Assembly: GCF_000143415.4 (NCBI RefSeq)
Contig: NW_003314300.1
Location: forward strand, 1,644,525 to 1,708,524
Direction: 5' to 3'
Length of the DNA stretch: 64,000 nt
Source: Selaginella moellendorffii
Lineage: Eukaryota > Plantae > Lycopodiophyta
The notes beneath the pieces were generated by a model. The model was not told the origin of the DNA. It saw nothing but the letters and a program-made list of their open reading frames with translations, and made no database searches. The stretch's first letter is position 1; each line of letters starts with the position of its first letter. Below are positions 11,274 through 21,746 of this stretch, one piece after another. Both the position numbers and the translations under genes were made by a program.

Positions 11274-13200
11274 GATTTTGCCCCGTTTATAAAATTCTTT
11301 TCTGAAAATAGCCAAGATCATCGCACACATAGATAGTGACCAATCAACAGAGAGAAAGGTTCCTTAGCTAACTTCACAGATCTCACAGAAAAAGTCTGCG
11401 TTGAATGGATACCACTAAGAGGGTTCAAACTCATGCTGGGCGTGGTTACCTCCGCAAATCCTTTCATCAAAACCTCTCTTTTTTTCATACTTTTCTGTTG
11501 CGTGTTTCATAGTTGTAGATAATTTTTCTCATGTTCTCGGGAAATGCTCAACTCTTTTAACGACGTCCCTGTTGCATTTGGTGATGTCTTGGGACTTGCT
11601 TGGAAAGAATTTGGGAACACGAGGTCTTTTAAAAGCTACTGAATCCAGCACAGCTGTGCTCTTTGTTGTACAACCAAATATGTATGATCAGTTCTGGCTG
11701 GAGAAATATATAAGTGCAAGCAGGCTTCGGTTCTAGCTGCCGTTGTAGATGATGACCCGTGTAGACGTCAACAAGTGGAGTATTGTGCAGCCAACCATCC
11801 GCACTCGCTGAATATCCTAGACAGGGTCTGCATAGAAGTTGCTACTGCGAAACTGTGGGATCTTATAGATGTGGATCCCATGCCGGACGCTGGCCTGAAT
11901 CGCGCGACTTGACGTCGAAGGAAGTTGGCAAGCTGTTAGACACAAAGGAAGACTGGGATTCAGTCATTTCCACTTTTGTAGACCAATGGGCTTTTTTATG
12001 CTGTGAGGCTGTTAATAAGGGATCTGGAGATTGTGGGCGACTTTAGCATCGACAGGCAAGTGGATTCGAGATATGCGTACAACCTTCTTGCAGCAGATTT
12101 ACGTGGAGGAATTAAAGAAACAAGAGAAATGATAATCTTGGGACCAACTTGGAGAAGCATCTCCAATTGCCGGGGTAGACATTGAAGATTGAAAATTGAA
12201 AATCATCGGAAAAATGAGACGAGTTTTTTTCCTTCTGCCAAAACAAAAAAGGCAGCAAAATCGACATTCGGGCCAAGGCATGACCAAGACGTTGTGGTGA
12301 CCATTCTTGTTGCCCTTGCCTGTAACACCGGACAGAAATCGAGTCTCGTGGTGCATGCTTTTTGCATTGCCGGGAGCATTTCGACGAGGCAGTGAGGTTC
12401 TTCTACTGGACGAAAGTTTATGTTTATGTCCACTTGGATGATCTTGGCTGCCCCAGGAGCATGATTTGGGGGCATGGCTTGGTGACAGAGGCGATAGATA
12501 CCATGGCGGTGGAACAAGGACCGCAGCTGAGGTTCCTCAAGAACGTCCAAGATGGTGGGAGGGAAGTCCATCACTTTAGCAATGGGAGTGGAGATTACTG
12601 GAGCCCAAAATTTCCAGCGAAAACCCGTGGCCCTTTCCTTGCAATGAGATCGACAGCTTTGACTTTTCTCGTTGACCTTAAATCTGATGGTGTTCCATTA
12701 TGGTGGCTCACTCGCTTTCAAATTCTTCCGTGTGTATGCATGTAGCGTCGCAATTCCTAGTATATATATATCATTCAAGGGAATGATTTCTCGTCACAAA
12801 TCCAGTAGTACATTCATCTCCGAGAGCTTAATATCGAGTTTTTCCTCTTTCCTCGATCTGGGATTGGATATGGCTTTCTCCACTTCTCACGCCCTCTCGA
12901 TTTCTTTGCTCGCATTCTTCGTGTGCGCAGTCGTTTCATCCGATCCAGATCCACTCCAGGACTTTTGCATCGGAGATCTCAACATTGTCCCCGGGATCAA
13001 TGGATTCCCGTGCACGAACTCCTCCACAGTTACTGTGGACGATTTCATCTACAGCGGGATCGTCAACTCCTCCAACACCACAAACATCAATCGCTCTGGC
13101 GCCATCTTCGGAACCGTGCTGAGATTTCCAGGCCTCAACACTTTGGGTCTCTCCATCGCTAGGCTCGACTTTCTCCCGGAAGGAATCATCCCCCCACACA
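11030..13200 (+). repeat. Circularly permuted inverted duplicate of 7414-9661
   Basis: About 11030-11709 is the reverse complement of about 8090-7414. 11712 to about 13200 is the reverse complement of 9661 to about 8170. Junction GAGAAATAT-AT-AAGTGCAAG. Confidence 0.92.
12362..12601 (+). pseudogene. Eroded PPR-DYW relic (duplicate of 8772-9011)
   Basis: Identical translation ending HHFSNGSGDYW. Confidence 0.6.
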
Positions 13201-13523
13201 CGCATCCCAGAGCCTCGGAGATGGTCTATGTAGAAGAAGGGACCGTCTACGCCGCCATCGTCACCGCGGACAATCGCCTGTTTGCCCGAGTGATGAACAG
13301 GGGAGAAGTCATGGTGATTCCTCGCGGATTAATCCACTGGCAGATGAACGTAGGAAGGACCAACGCGAAGATCATCGCCACTCTCAACTCCCAGCTCCCC
13401 GGAATCCAGTTCATTGCAAGATCCATGTTTGGATCCCGCCCAGAGGTACCGGACGAGGTGCTCGAGAAGACTTTCTTCTTGGACGAGCGTAGCATTGACC
13501 AAGTCCGATCTAACTTTGTTTGA
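12870..13523 (+). CDS. Germin-like protein, copy 6 (5' matching copy 4, distinct 3' end)
   Basis: Intact 654-bp CDS; ends ERSIDQVRSNFV. Confidence 0.95.
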   Translation: MAFSTSHALSISLLAFFVCAVVSSDPDPLQDFCIGDLNIVPGINGFPCTNSSTVTVDDFIYSGIVNSSNTTNINRSGAIFGTVLRFPGLNTLGLSIARLDFLPEGIIPPHTHPRASEMVYVEEGTVYAAIVTADNRLFARVMNRGEVMVIPRGLIHWQMNVGRTNAKIIATLNSQLPGIQFIARSMFGSRPEVPDEVLEKTFFLDERSIDQVRSNFV

Positions 13524-14083
13524 GATTTTATAAAACCTTGAGCAAGAACTTTTTTCGTACGGAATAGTTAGTTGATAATATTAGTTTAGGGTTTAAGAAC
13601 CTTTAACTAAACCCTTAAAGGAAGGCTGGAAAAGGAATGGTGCAGTGTTGGGAACCACACGAATATCGCAGCAAACTGCCAAGAACAAACAAAGACAAAA
13701 AGAAGAAAAAAATTTCGAGATTTGCGGCAATGTGTGGGGGAGATAAGCTGGGGATGGATTTTTTAATGATTTACGAACCTTTGAGAGATTGGATTGGAAT
13801 CAATCAATCACACGAGAACTCCTTCTCTTATCATTTTTCTTTCCTTGGGCCGATTTTTTTGCCTTTGTTTCGTGTACTTGTTTATCCCCTTATCGGAGTG
13901 TTCCCAGCCAGTGCGCGAGACGACGGCGATGGCGAAGAAATAGAAAGAAAATCGCGCAAACAAGAAGAAGAACAAGAAGCTCCACTCACGAGGTAATATA
14001 AAAAGAGGTTTTTTTCAATCGCGAGTCTATGGATCGATGAGCGAGCCAGAAGAAATCGAGAAAGAAAAGGAGGGAATCGATTG

Positions 14084-17000
14084 ATGAAGGCCTCCAAAAA
14101 TCCTAGTGGAGGAGGAGGAGGAGGAGGAGCTCTCCTCCAAGAACTAGAAGCTCTGAGCCAAGCTCTGTACAAAGCCCAGATCGTCCAGGCGCCCACCACG
14201 AATCCAGCGCCAAGACGCGAATTTGATCAGATGGGTCACCGCCGGAGAGTGAGCGAGGCAGTGGGTCGTCCCCAGAAAGCTCCGCCCAATCCCTCCGCGC
14301 TGGAATCCAGGCACTCCATCTCCGACATTGGCCGCAAGAACACCACCGGTGATAAAGAACTGGACGAATCGTTAGCAGAGGAGGAAGAGATCGACGCGGC
14401 GAGGCTGGCCGGCGGGGGGAATCAAAAGAAAGGCTTCTGGAATTGGAAGCCACTCCGCGCGCTCTCACACATCGGCCAGCAGCGATTCCCCTGCGAGTTC
14501 TCCGCCCACGTCCATTCCATCGACAAGCTCCCATCCTCCATGAATGGGCTTCGCCTCCAAGTCCAGCTCCGCCACCGTGACACCGGCGTCCAGACCATGC
14601 CCGCCAGGGCCTCGCACGGCAGCGCCGAGTTCCAGGAGATCCTCCATTTTCGATGCACAGTCTATGGATCCAAGAGCAAGTCCTCCGGGACGATCAAGTA
14701 CATGGCCAAGTCCTTCACGCTCTCGGTGGTGGCAATGGACGTGGAGGAGCTCGATCTTGGCAAGCACCAGCTCGACCTCAGCCGGATACTCCCATCGCAG
14801 GAATCCAGCGGCGCCGCCAAGCCCACCGCCACCACCGCCTGGAACACGAGCTTCAAACTCTCGGGCAAGGCCAAAGGGAGCTCTCTCTCGGTGACTTTCG
14901 GGTATGAGATCTTGGAGAGCGGTGGCGGTGGCAGCAAGATCATGGGAAGTAGCGGACGTCTCGGGCAGTCGCGCGGCGGAGCGGTGTCGCGATCGTTCAA
15001 CAGCCTGCCGAATTCGCCGCACGGCTCCAAGTTCCACAAGAAGACGTCGAGCAGCGTCGCGGACTTTGGATCGCCGGCAGCGTCGGAGCCCGGGAACGAG
15101 TACGAGGATTTCGCTGGGATGGATCAGTTCAAGCTGGATGATCCGGAAGAGCCGCCGCCACCACGGCCGCAGGGACTTCCACCGCCACCGCCAACTTTCA
15201 AGGCCAGCGCCACTGCCAACACCACCACCCGGACGTCCATGGATGGAGTATTGAGCGATCATCGGCGCGGGAAGTCCTTGTTTCCGGAGATTGATGCGGC
15301 GATTGCTCCGGGGACTCCGGGACGGAGCCAAGAGCGCGAAGAAGAACAGCAGCAACATGCTGTGGAAGATGTGGAGCAACTGGACGATGCCGCGGAGTTT
15401 GGAGTTGTGGAGAAGGGCGTGGAGACGAGCGTGCTGGAGGAGTTTAGCGGGTCCATCGCACCGATGGATCGGAAGGAGAGTAGTGTTCCAGACGAGCCGA
15501 GAGAAGTGGAAGAACAGGAGCAGCAAGAGGATGAGCAAGAGCAAAGCCTGGACTATAAGTTTGAGGAGGAAGATGACGAAAAAGAAAATGGCGCTACAAA
15601 TGATCTCCAAGGACACCAAGTTGAGGAACAAGAATCCAAAGAAAGCGATCGAGAGGGTCCGGCCGAGACCGTCGACCGGAAGAAAATCGACGAGGAGGCC
15701 GAGAACATGGATTGGAAGCAGCAGGACTACGACTGGAAGCAGGAGCTTGAGCAGGACTATCTGTTTGACAGCCTCAAGAATCCGGGCTGGGCAGCTCGCG
15801 AAGAATCGAAATCGATCAAGGTGGCGGAGTATGACATCAAAGACAGAGCTGGAACGGATGAAAAGATGGTGGGCGATCATGACTACGACGATGAGATCGT
15901 CGCGGATGAGTTCCTGGATATGCTCCAAGAAGGTGGCGGCGATGGTGGCGGCGGTGGGAAAGAAGAGGAAGAAGAAGAAGAGTCGGAGTCTCCGCGAGCT
16001 CTACTGCTCAAGCAATTCGAGAAGGAATCCATGCTCGAAGGATTCGGCTTGGAGGACGATCAAGCGCCAAAGCTCCAAGAAGATCAAGAACACAAAGGTG
16101 ACAAAGCGGTCGAGCAAGCTCGAGCGCCAGTGGCCGAAAAGATCGTCCCGGAGGATTGGAGCTACAGCGACGACGATGACAAGGAGCTAGCATCGATCAT
16201 GGACGCGGCCGAGTCGGAGCTCCAAAAGGCGACGCAAGCTTTTCGGAGCAAAGCTCGCGCGAAGATGCTCGAGGACGCCGAGGCCGAGGCGCTGCTCCAG
16301 GAGTGGGGTCTCGACGAGAAGATCTTCCATGGGTCGCCACCATCTTCTTCGTCTCTCAACCCGGAAGAACTGCAGTCTCTCGTGCCGAGATCCAAGCTCG
16401 CGGAGGAGCTGCCGGCGCTTGCTCCCGGGGTTGGATCCAGCGTTCCCACTGCCGATGGCGGGAGCTTGCGATCCATGGATCCGGCGCTGTTCGAGAGCAG
16501 TGTTGGCGAGAGGAAGAAGAACAATGGCAAGCTGGTGATGCACGTCTCCAAGCCGGTGGTGGTGCCGGCGGACATGGGAGCGAGCGCTATGGATGTTCTT
16601 CGCAACTTTGCGGCTGCGGGGAGCGAGAGCATGGCGGCGCAGGCCATGGAGGCGATGCCGCTCGAGGACATCACGGGCAAGAGCGTGGAGCAAATCGCGC
16701 TCGAGGGGCAAGTTTGCTTGGAGGAGAGCAATCGAAGGTATGGTTTTCCTCGTCCAAAGTAGTGTCTGCTTGCTCGCTTGATCGATGGTTCTTGGAGAGC
16801 TTGGTTTTGATCGTGGTTCTCTCTTTCTCGTGATAGTCTCGATACACCTTTTCTTTCTCGTGATATTCTTGATATTCTTCCACCACCTTTTCGTGATTTT
16901 CTTAAGTAGTTTACTCTTGTTTCACCACCGAGAATGATCTTGTTTTCACCGCTGAGAAAGCTTGCCAGAAGTAGTGATCTTTCCTTGACTCATTTGATCG

Positions 17001-18170
17001 ATGGTTAATTCTCGCAGATATGATGCTGCGCTGCTCGAATCCAACCGCTTAGCTCTGGAAGATGGGAGCAGCAGCAAAGCTCTTGCGATCCCAGCCTCTT
17101 CCTCGGCACTTTATCAGCCTTCCAGGGCCAAGAAAGCGATCACTGCTCAACGATCGCGGGAGGCGGGAGAGTTCGTGTCACTGGACGAGCTCGCGCCGGT
17201 GGCCATGGAAAAGATTGAGCAGCTGGCAATGCAAGGACTCAAGATCCAGTGCGACATGGCGGACGAGGAAGCTCCATACTCGGTCGAGGCCTCCGCGAGC
17301 GTGCCGCTACTCAAGGGATCATCGTCAAGCTCGTCGCTGCTACTGGAAGCTCCATCCTCGGATGGGATGATCTCCATGTCTCTCTCGCTGGACGAGTGGA
17401 TGCGACTGGACGCGGGACTGGACGATGACGAGGAGGCGAGCGAGAAGACGAGGGCGGTCATGGCGGCACACCGAGCAGCGCATGCGGATGAAGCGGCCAC
17501 TACCGCGGACCTGGTGCTCAATCTTAGCGGCGATGGTGATGGCGGAGGTGGTGCTAGCGGCGGTGGTGGAAAGATGGGAAAGACTCTCACGCTCGCGATG
17601 CTCGTCCAGCTGAGAGATCCACTGAGGAACTTCGAGCCGGTTGGAGCACCGATGATGGCGCTGGTCGAGGCGGAGAGAGTGATGGTGTCGCCGCGGCCAA
17701 AGCTGTGGAAGCGAGTGGCGCTCAAAGGAAACAGTGAGCCGGAGCTGGAGGACGAGGAGGAATCAACAGCAAGAGCTATGGACGAGGAAGAAGACGATCG
17801 AGCAGCGGCGATGGAAGCCGAGCCACAGTTCAAGGTGACTGGCATCCACGTCGCGGGGCTGAGCTCCGCGGTGGACGAGCCCAGCTCCATGATCTCCTCT
17901 TCCTCCAGGAGTTCTTCCAAGAAGCAAGCTTGGGGGAGCCAGCGGCAGCAGCAATCCGGATCGCGCTGGCTGGTCGCGAATGGAATGGGGAAGAACCCGA
18001 GCGGCGCGATCAAGCATCCGCTGCTGCGATCGTCCAAATCCGCCGCCGCGAGCAAAGGCAAGGATCAATCTTCGTCGCTCTGGAGCGTCTCTTCGTCCTC
18101 TTCGTCGCCCGGCGTCTCCCGCAACCCAGACGTGAAGTTCGCGAAGCTTGGCGCCAAGAAAAGGTTTTAA
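14084..18170 (+). CDS. PMIR1: PLASTID MOVEMENT IMPAIRED1-related protein (NT-C2 domain); exons 14084-16737 and 17018-18170, about 1268 aa
   Basis: LLQELEALSQALY, FWNWKPLRALSHIG, LDLGKHQLDLSR, ESPRALLLKQFEKE, MPLEDITGK, EKIEQLAMQGLKIQ, SLSLDEWMRLDAG, VQLRDPLRNFEPVGAPM. The GT..AG intron restores the frame. Confidence 0.88.
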
Positions 18171-18388
18171 ATCTGCCGAATATGCTTGTATATTCTAGTT
18201 AAGTTAGTCTAATCTAACTTTAAACATGAAGAATATGCTTATATATTTCTTAAACACGGTTAAAGAAAGTTAAACCTAGAGAATATGCTGGTAAATTCTA
18301 TTTTGCCTTTAAAGGTTTGCTAAGATAAAGGTAGTAGCTTTTAATATAAAGGAAGGGGGTTTTAGGGTTTATCGAGAGGGAAGAAGCG

Positions 18389-19671
18389 ATGAAGTATAGG
18401 AAATTGGGGAGCACGGGGCTGGAAGTGAGCGTTTTGGGATTTGGGGGATCGCCGCTGGGGAGTGTGTTTGGGTCGGTCAGCGAAGAATCGGCGGTGGAAT
18501 GTGTTCACGAGGCGATTCGTCTGGGCGTCAATTTCTTTGACGTTTCTCCGTAAGATTTCTCTGCGAATCCATTCGATTCTTCTTCTGTTTGGCTGCGTGA
18601 TCTTGTTGCGGTGGAATAGATCGTGAATTTCCTCCACCGAAAAAAGCTTTGTCATACAATTGGATTTTTGTTGCATGGCTTTCCTTTTGGAGAAATTCTC
18701 GAGCATGCATGGATAGAGGATTGAGTCTTTTTTTTTTTTTTTTCTTTGCTTTAGGTACTACGGCAATACTCTCGCGGAGAAGAACTTGGGAAAAGCTCTC
18801 AAGGCGATTCCCAGGGAGAAGTTTATCCTCTCCACAAAGTGTGGAAGATATGGAGATGGCTTCGACTTTAGCGCGCAGCGAGTGCTCAAGAGCGTCGACG
18901 AGAGCTTGGAGCGATTAAATCTCGACTACATTGACATCATCCAGTGCCATGACATCGAATTCGGCTCCCTCGATCAAGTAAGATACCTTTCCTTTTTTTT
19001 TTTTTTTTCCTGTAAAGTTTGATCTGGAACGATAAAACTCTACACAGGTGATATCCGAGACAATCCCAGCGCTACTTGGCTTGAAACGACAAGGAAAAGT
19101 CCGCTTCATTGGAATCACCGGGCTTCCACTGGCCATCTTTCGCTACGTTTTGGACAGAGTCGAGCCTGGAACAATCGACGTTGTTTTATCATACTGTCAC
19201 TATTCCCTCAACGATTCTTCGCTCGAGGGTCTAGTTCCGTACCTCAAGGACAAGGGAGTCGGGATCATCACTGCTTCGCCCCTCGCCATGGGACTACTCA
19301 CGGAGTCCGGTCCTCCAGTGTGGCATCCAGCGCAGGAAGAAATCAAGGTACTCTAGAGTTACAAGTTCTTGTTGGAGCATTGGAGAAACTTTTCGATTTG
19401 TTTTTCTTTGTAGGAAGCCTGCGCCAAGGCTGCTACTCACTGCAAACTCAGGGGTCACAACATCTCTGAGATAGCATTGAAGTTCTCGCTCTCGAATCCA
19501 GACATTGCCACCACGCTGGTTGGAATGTGTTCTAGCCAGCAAGTCCACGACAACGTCAAAGCGGCGGAAGAGCTGGAGAGCGTGGATCAAAAGCTTTTGG
19601 ACGAAGTGAAGGAGATCCTCGCTCCAGTGAAGAACAAAACTTGGCCGAGCGGAAAACCAGAGAATAATTGA
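18389..19671 (+). CDS. GalDH: L-galactose dehydrogenase (aldo-keto reductase, ascorbate pathway), 5 exons
   Basis: MKYRKLGSTGLEVSVLGFGGSPLGSVFG, NFFDVSP|YYG, STKCGRYGDGFDFSA, IIQCHDIEFGSLDQ, RFIGITGLPL, LSYCHYSLND, KNKTWPSG. Confidence 0.92.
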
Positions 19672-19799
19672 ATTGCAAGGAACGCGTATCAATCACAAAA
19701 ATAAAGTTTGCCATAAGATAAATAATTAACTAGCGCACCGAATCAATGGTTATCCATCATCACTATCTATACGTCGGCGATTCCAGCGCGCGGCAGCGT

Positions 19800-20935
19800 T
19801 GTCTTTTACTTCGGAAGAGGTCGAGGCGAGGAACCTTGCGGCAGCTGTGGGAGTGTGAGGCACTTCCCATGCGTTCTTGAAGGCGCTATGGCGGATGTTA
19901 CTCTGGAGCGGAAGATCAATGGGGCTGTTCTTGCTGGGACGATGAGGACGAGCTCATTTGCGTGTTTTGCCAGGGTGCGCTCGATCGCCCAGTGACGGTA
20001 TGAGCAAGCTTTTTCCTTTCTTTCTTCCTTTTCGTGAGTATCTCCGTTTTCTTTCTTCTGTAGACTCCGCTCAAGAAGTGGTTCGCCCGAAATGTGGAAA
20101 ATGCCGCGTCAACTTCCATCAAAGTTTCATACAGCAGCAGAAGATCAACCCTGAGAAGGGGGTTGATGTTTGGCTGCTGTATAAAACTTTGATGGATACA
20201 CGTACCAGCCATTCGAATTGCGAAGATTGGAGCTACTACACCAGGCCGTCCATGTCCTTCAAAACCAGAACCGGGCCTGACAAGGCTTTCAAGAGCGAGA
20301 GAGCGAAAAAACCCGAGTTGGCCAGAACCACTTTGGAGAAATCACAGCGCAGAGAATGATCATTCTCCGCACTGGAATTGCTCCAAAGTGGTACTGGCCA
20401 ACCTGAGTGGAAAGTGACGAAGGTGCCCCAATCAGTACTTAGTCATGTCAAGTAGTTACGAGGACGATGAGGACCATGGAGAATGAGAATGGTTTCTTTA
20501 CACCGGGAGGTGAGATCGATCTTAATATCTGTATTTGCATTTTTACTGACGCTTTCATTTTCGATGCAGTGGTGGCCGAGATTGAAGTGGGAACAAAAGA
20601 CCAAATGATCAGCCAGCTAACGGATCTGAGAGCTTTGTTTTGATTTCGAAAACACTTGTTCGATGTCAAGTGTTTTCGAAATTGAACAAAGCTCTCTCCG
20701 TTGGTTGCTTGAAAGGCTATCCAGTAAGTGTTGTGCAGTGAGTTAACGTGTTTTGCAGGTCGTCAAAAGACGTTCGTTCTGCTTACGCACCTCAAGAAGG
20801 CGGGCTTGTACAGAATTGAGAGATGCTGGCAAAAGATTGGTCTTTAAGGTAAGAATCCTGTTCACTCTTTGTGCATCAGTGTGCTTATTACTTGTTCGTC
20901 AGATGTGACAACGAACCAGTACCCTGGACAAAGGT
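19800..20935 (+). pseudogene. ORTHRUS/VIM-like (RING-SRA) pseudogene
   Basis: Relics LICVFCQGALDRPVT (RING), PDKAFKSERAKK, SSYEDDEDHGE, GGRD..GNKR, GYPV, RSAYAPQEG, YRIE.CWQK, RCDNEPVPWT, with many deletions and stops. Confidence 0.8.
20115..20196. ncRNA. Candidate miRNA-like hairpin
   Basis: 38-bp stem (20115-20152 pairs with 20159-20196) with 3 mismatches and 2 G:U pairs; 6-nt loop GAGAAG. The structure is seen directly; expression is unknown. Confidence 0.45.
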
Positions 20936-21394
20936 GTGTGCGTAAATTCTATTGTGTACTTGCTCTGAAATTCGTGGTGATTATTAAGTGATCGGCCACG
21001 TCCACTTCTAGAGAAAATGCAAAGGATGTCAACGAAATAAAGGCGCAACTCGACTGCAAGGTGGAAATTGTGTTATTTTCTTTCCGTATTCTCTGAAGAC
21101 ACAATGGCAGGTTCAGGATTAGTTTCAGGGACGTTAATCCTTCATAGAAGTGTCTCGATTAAAGACCAGTACGTGTTGATCTCGACTTGTTTAAATCATA
21201 GTGTTTACACGACAATGTGGGCTTTGCAAAAACGTATTGCAACGTACGCTTTGCGGTTATGTCAAGTTTTCATCAGGTCAACAAATGAAAACTGCCGGAA
21301 ATGGAGAGTAATCAGGAATCTTGCATTGCCAATTACTAAACGTGATAAACAATAGCTTGTTAATTAATAACAGGTCAGATATACTAGGATATGC

Positions 21395-21579
21395 TAATTT
21401 ATCAAAACTGAGCATAAGCTGTTTAGAGAAATAAAACCTTTACAACGTATAGAATCTTTGGCGAATGGCATTGCCAATTTGGAGAAATATACCTAAACTA
21501 GAATCTCTATAATTTATCAAAACTGAGCATAAGCTGTTTAGAGAAATAAAACCTTTACAACGTATAGAATCTTTGGCGA
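21395..21579 (+). repeat. About 70-bp direct repeat x2
   Basis: TAATTTATCAAAACTGAGCATAAGCTG...GAATCTTTGGCGA near 21395 and near 21510. Confidence 0.9.
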
Positions 21580-21746
21580 TTTATAGTCTCGCAAGATTGG
21601 CAAGACTGTCTCGACGCTCTCCCTCTCTCTCTCTCGCTCTCTCTCGTTTCTCGCTCTCGTCCATCCGGCCGAGGAAGACGAAGAAGAAGAAGAAGAAGCT
21701 CATCTCGTTCCCATCATCCGAGCTCGACCAAAATTCTTTTTCTTCC

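Noticed and set aside
13637-13996. 119-aa ORF upstream of PMIR
   Set aside because: Overlaps the PMIR promoter and 5' UTR, low complexity, no recognisable domain; at most a uORF.
14103-18068. Long antisense or alternate-frame ORFs (e.g. 14465-15928, 17147-18061)
   Set aside because: Shadow ORFs of the GC-rich PMIR coding sequence; low complexity and no motifs.
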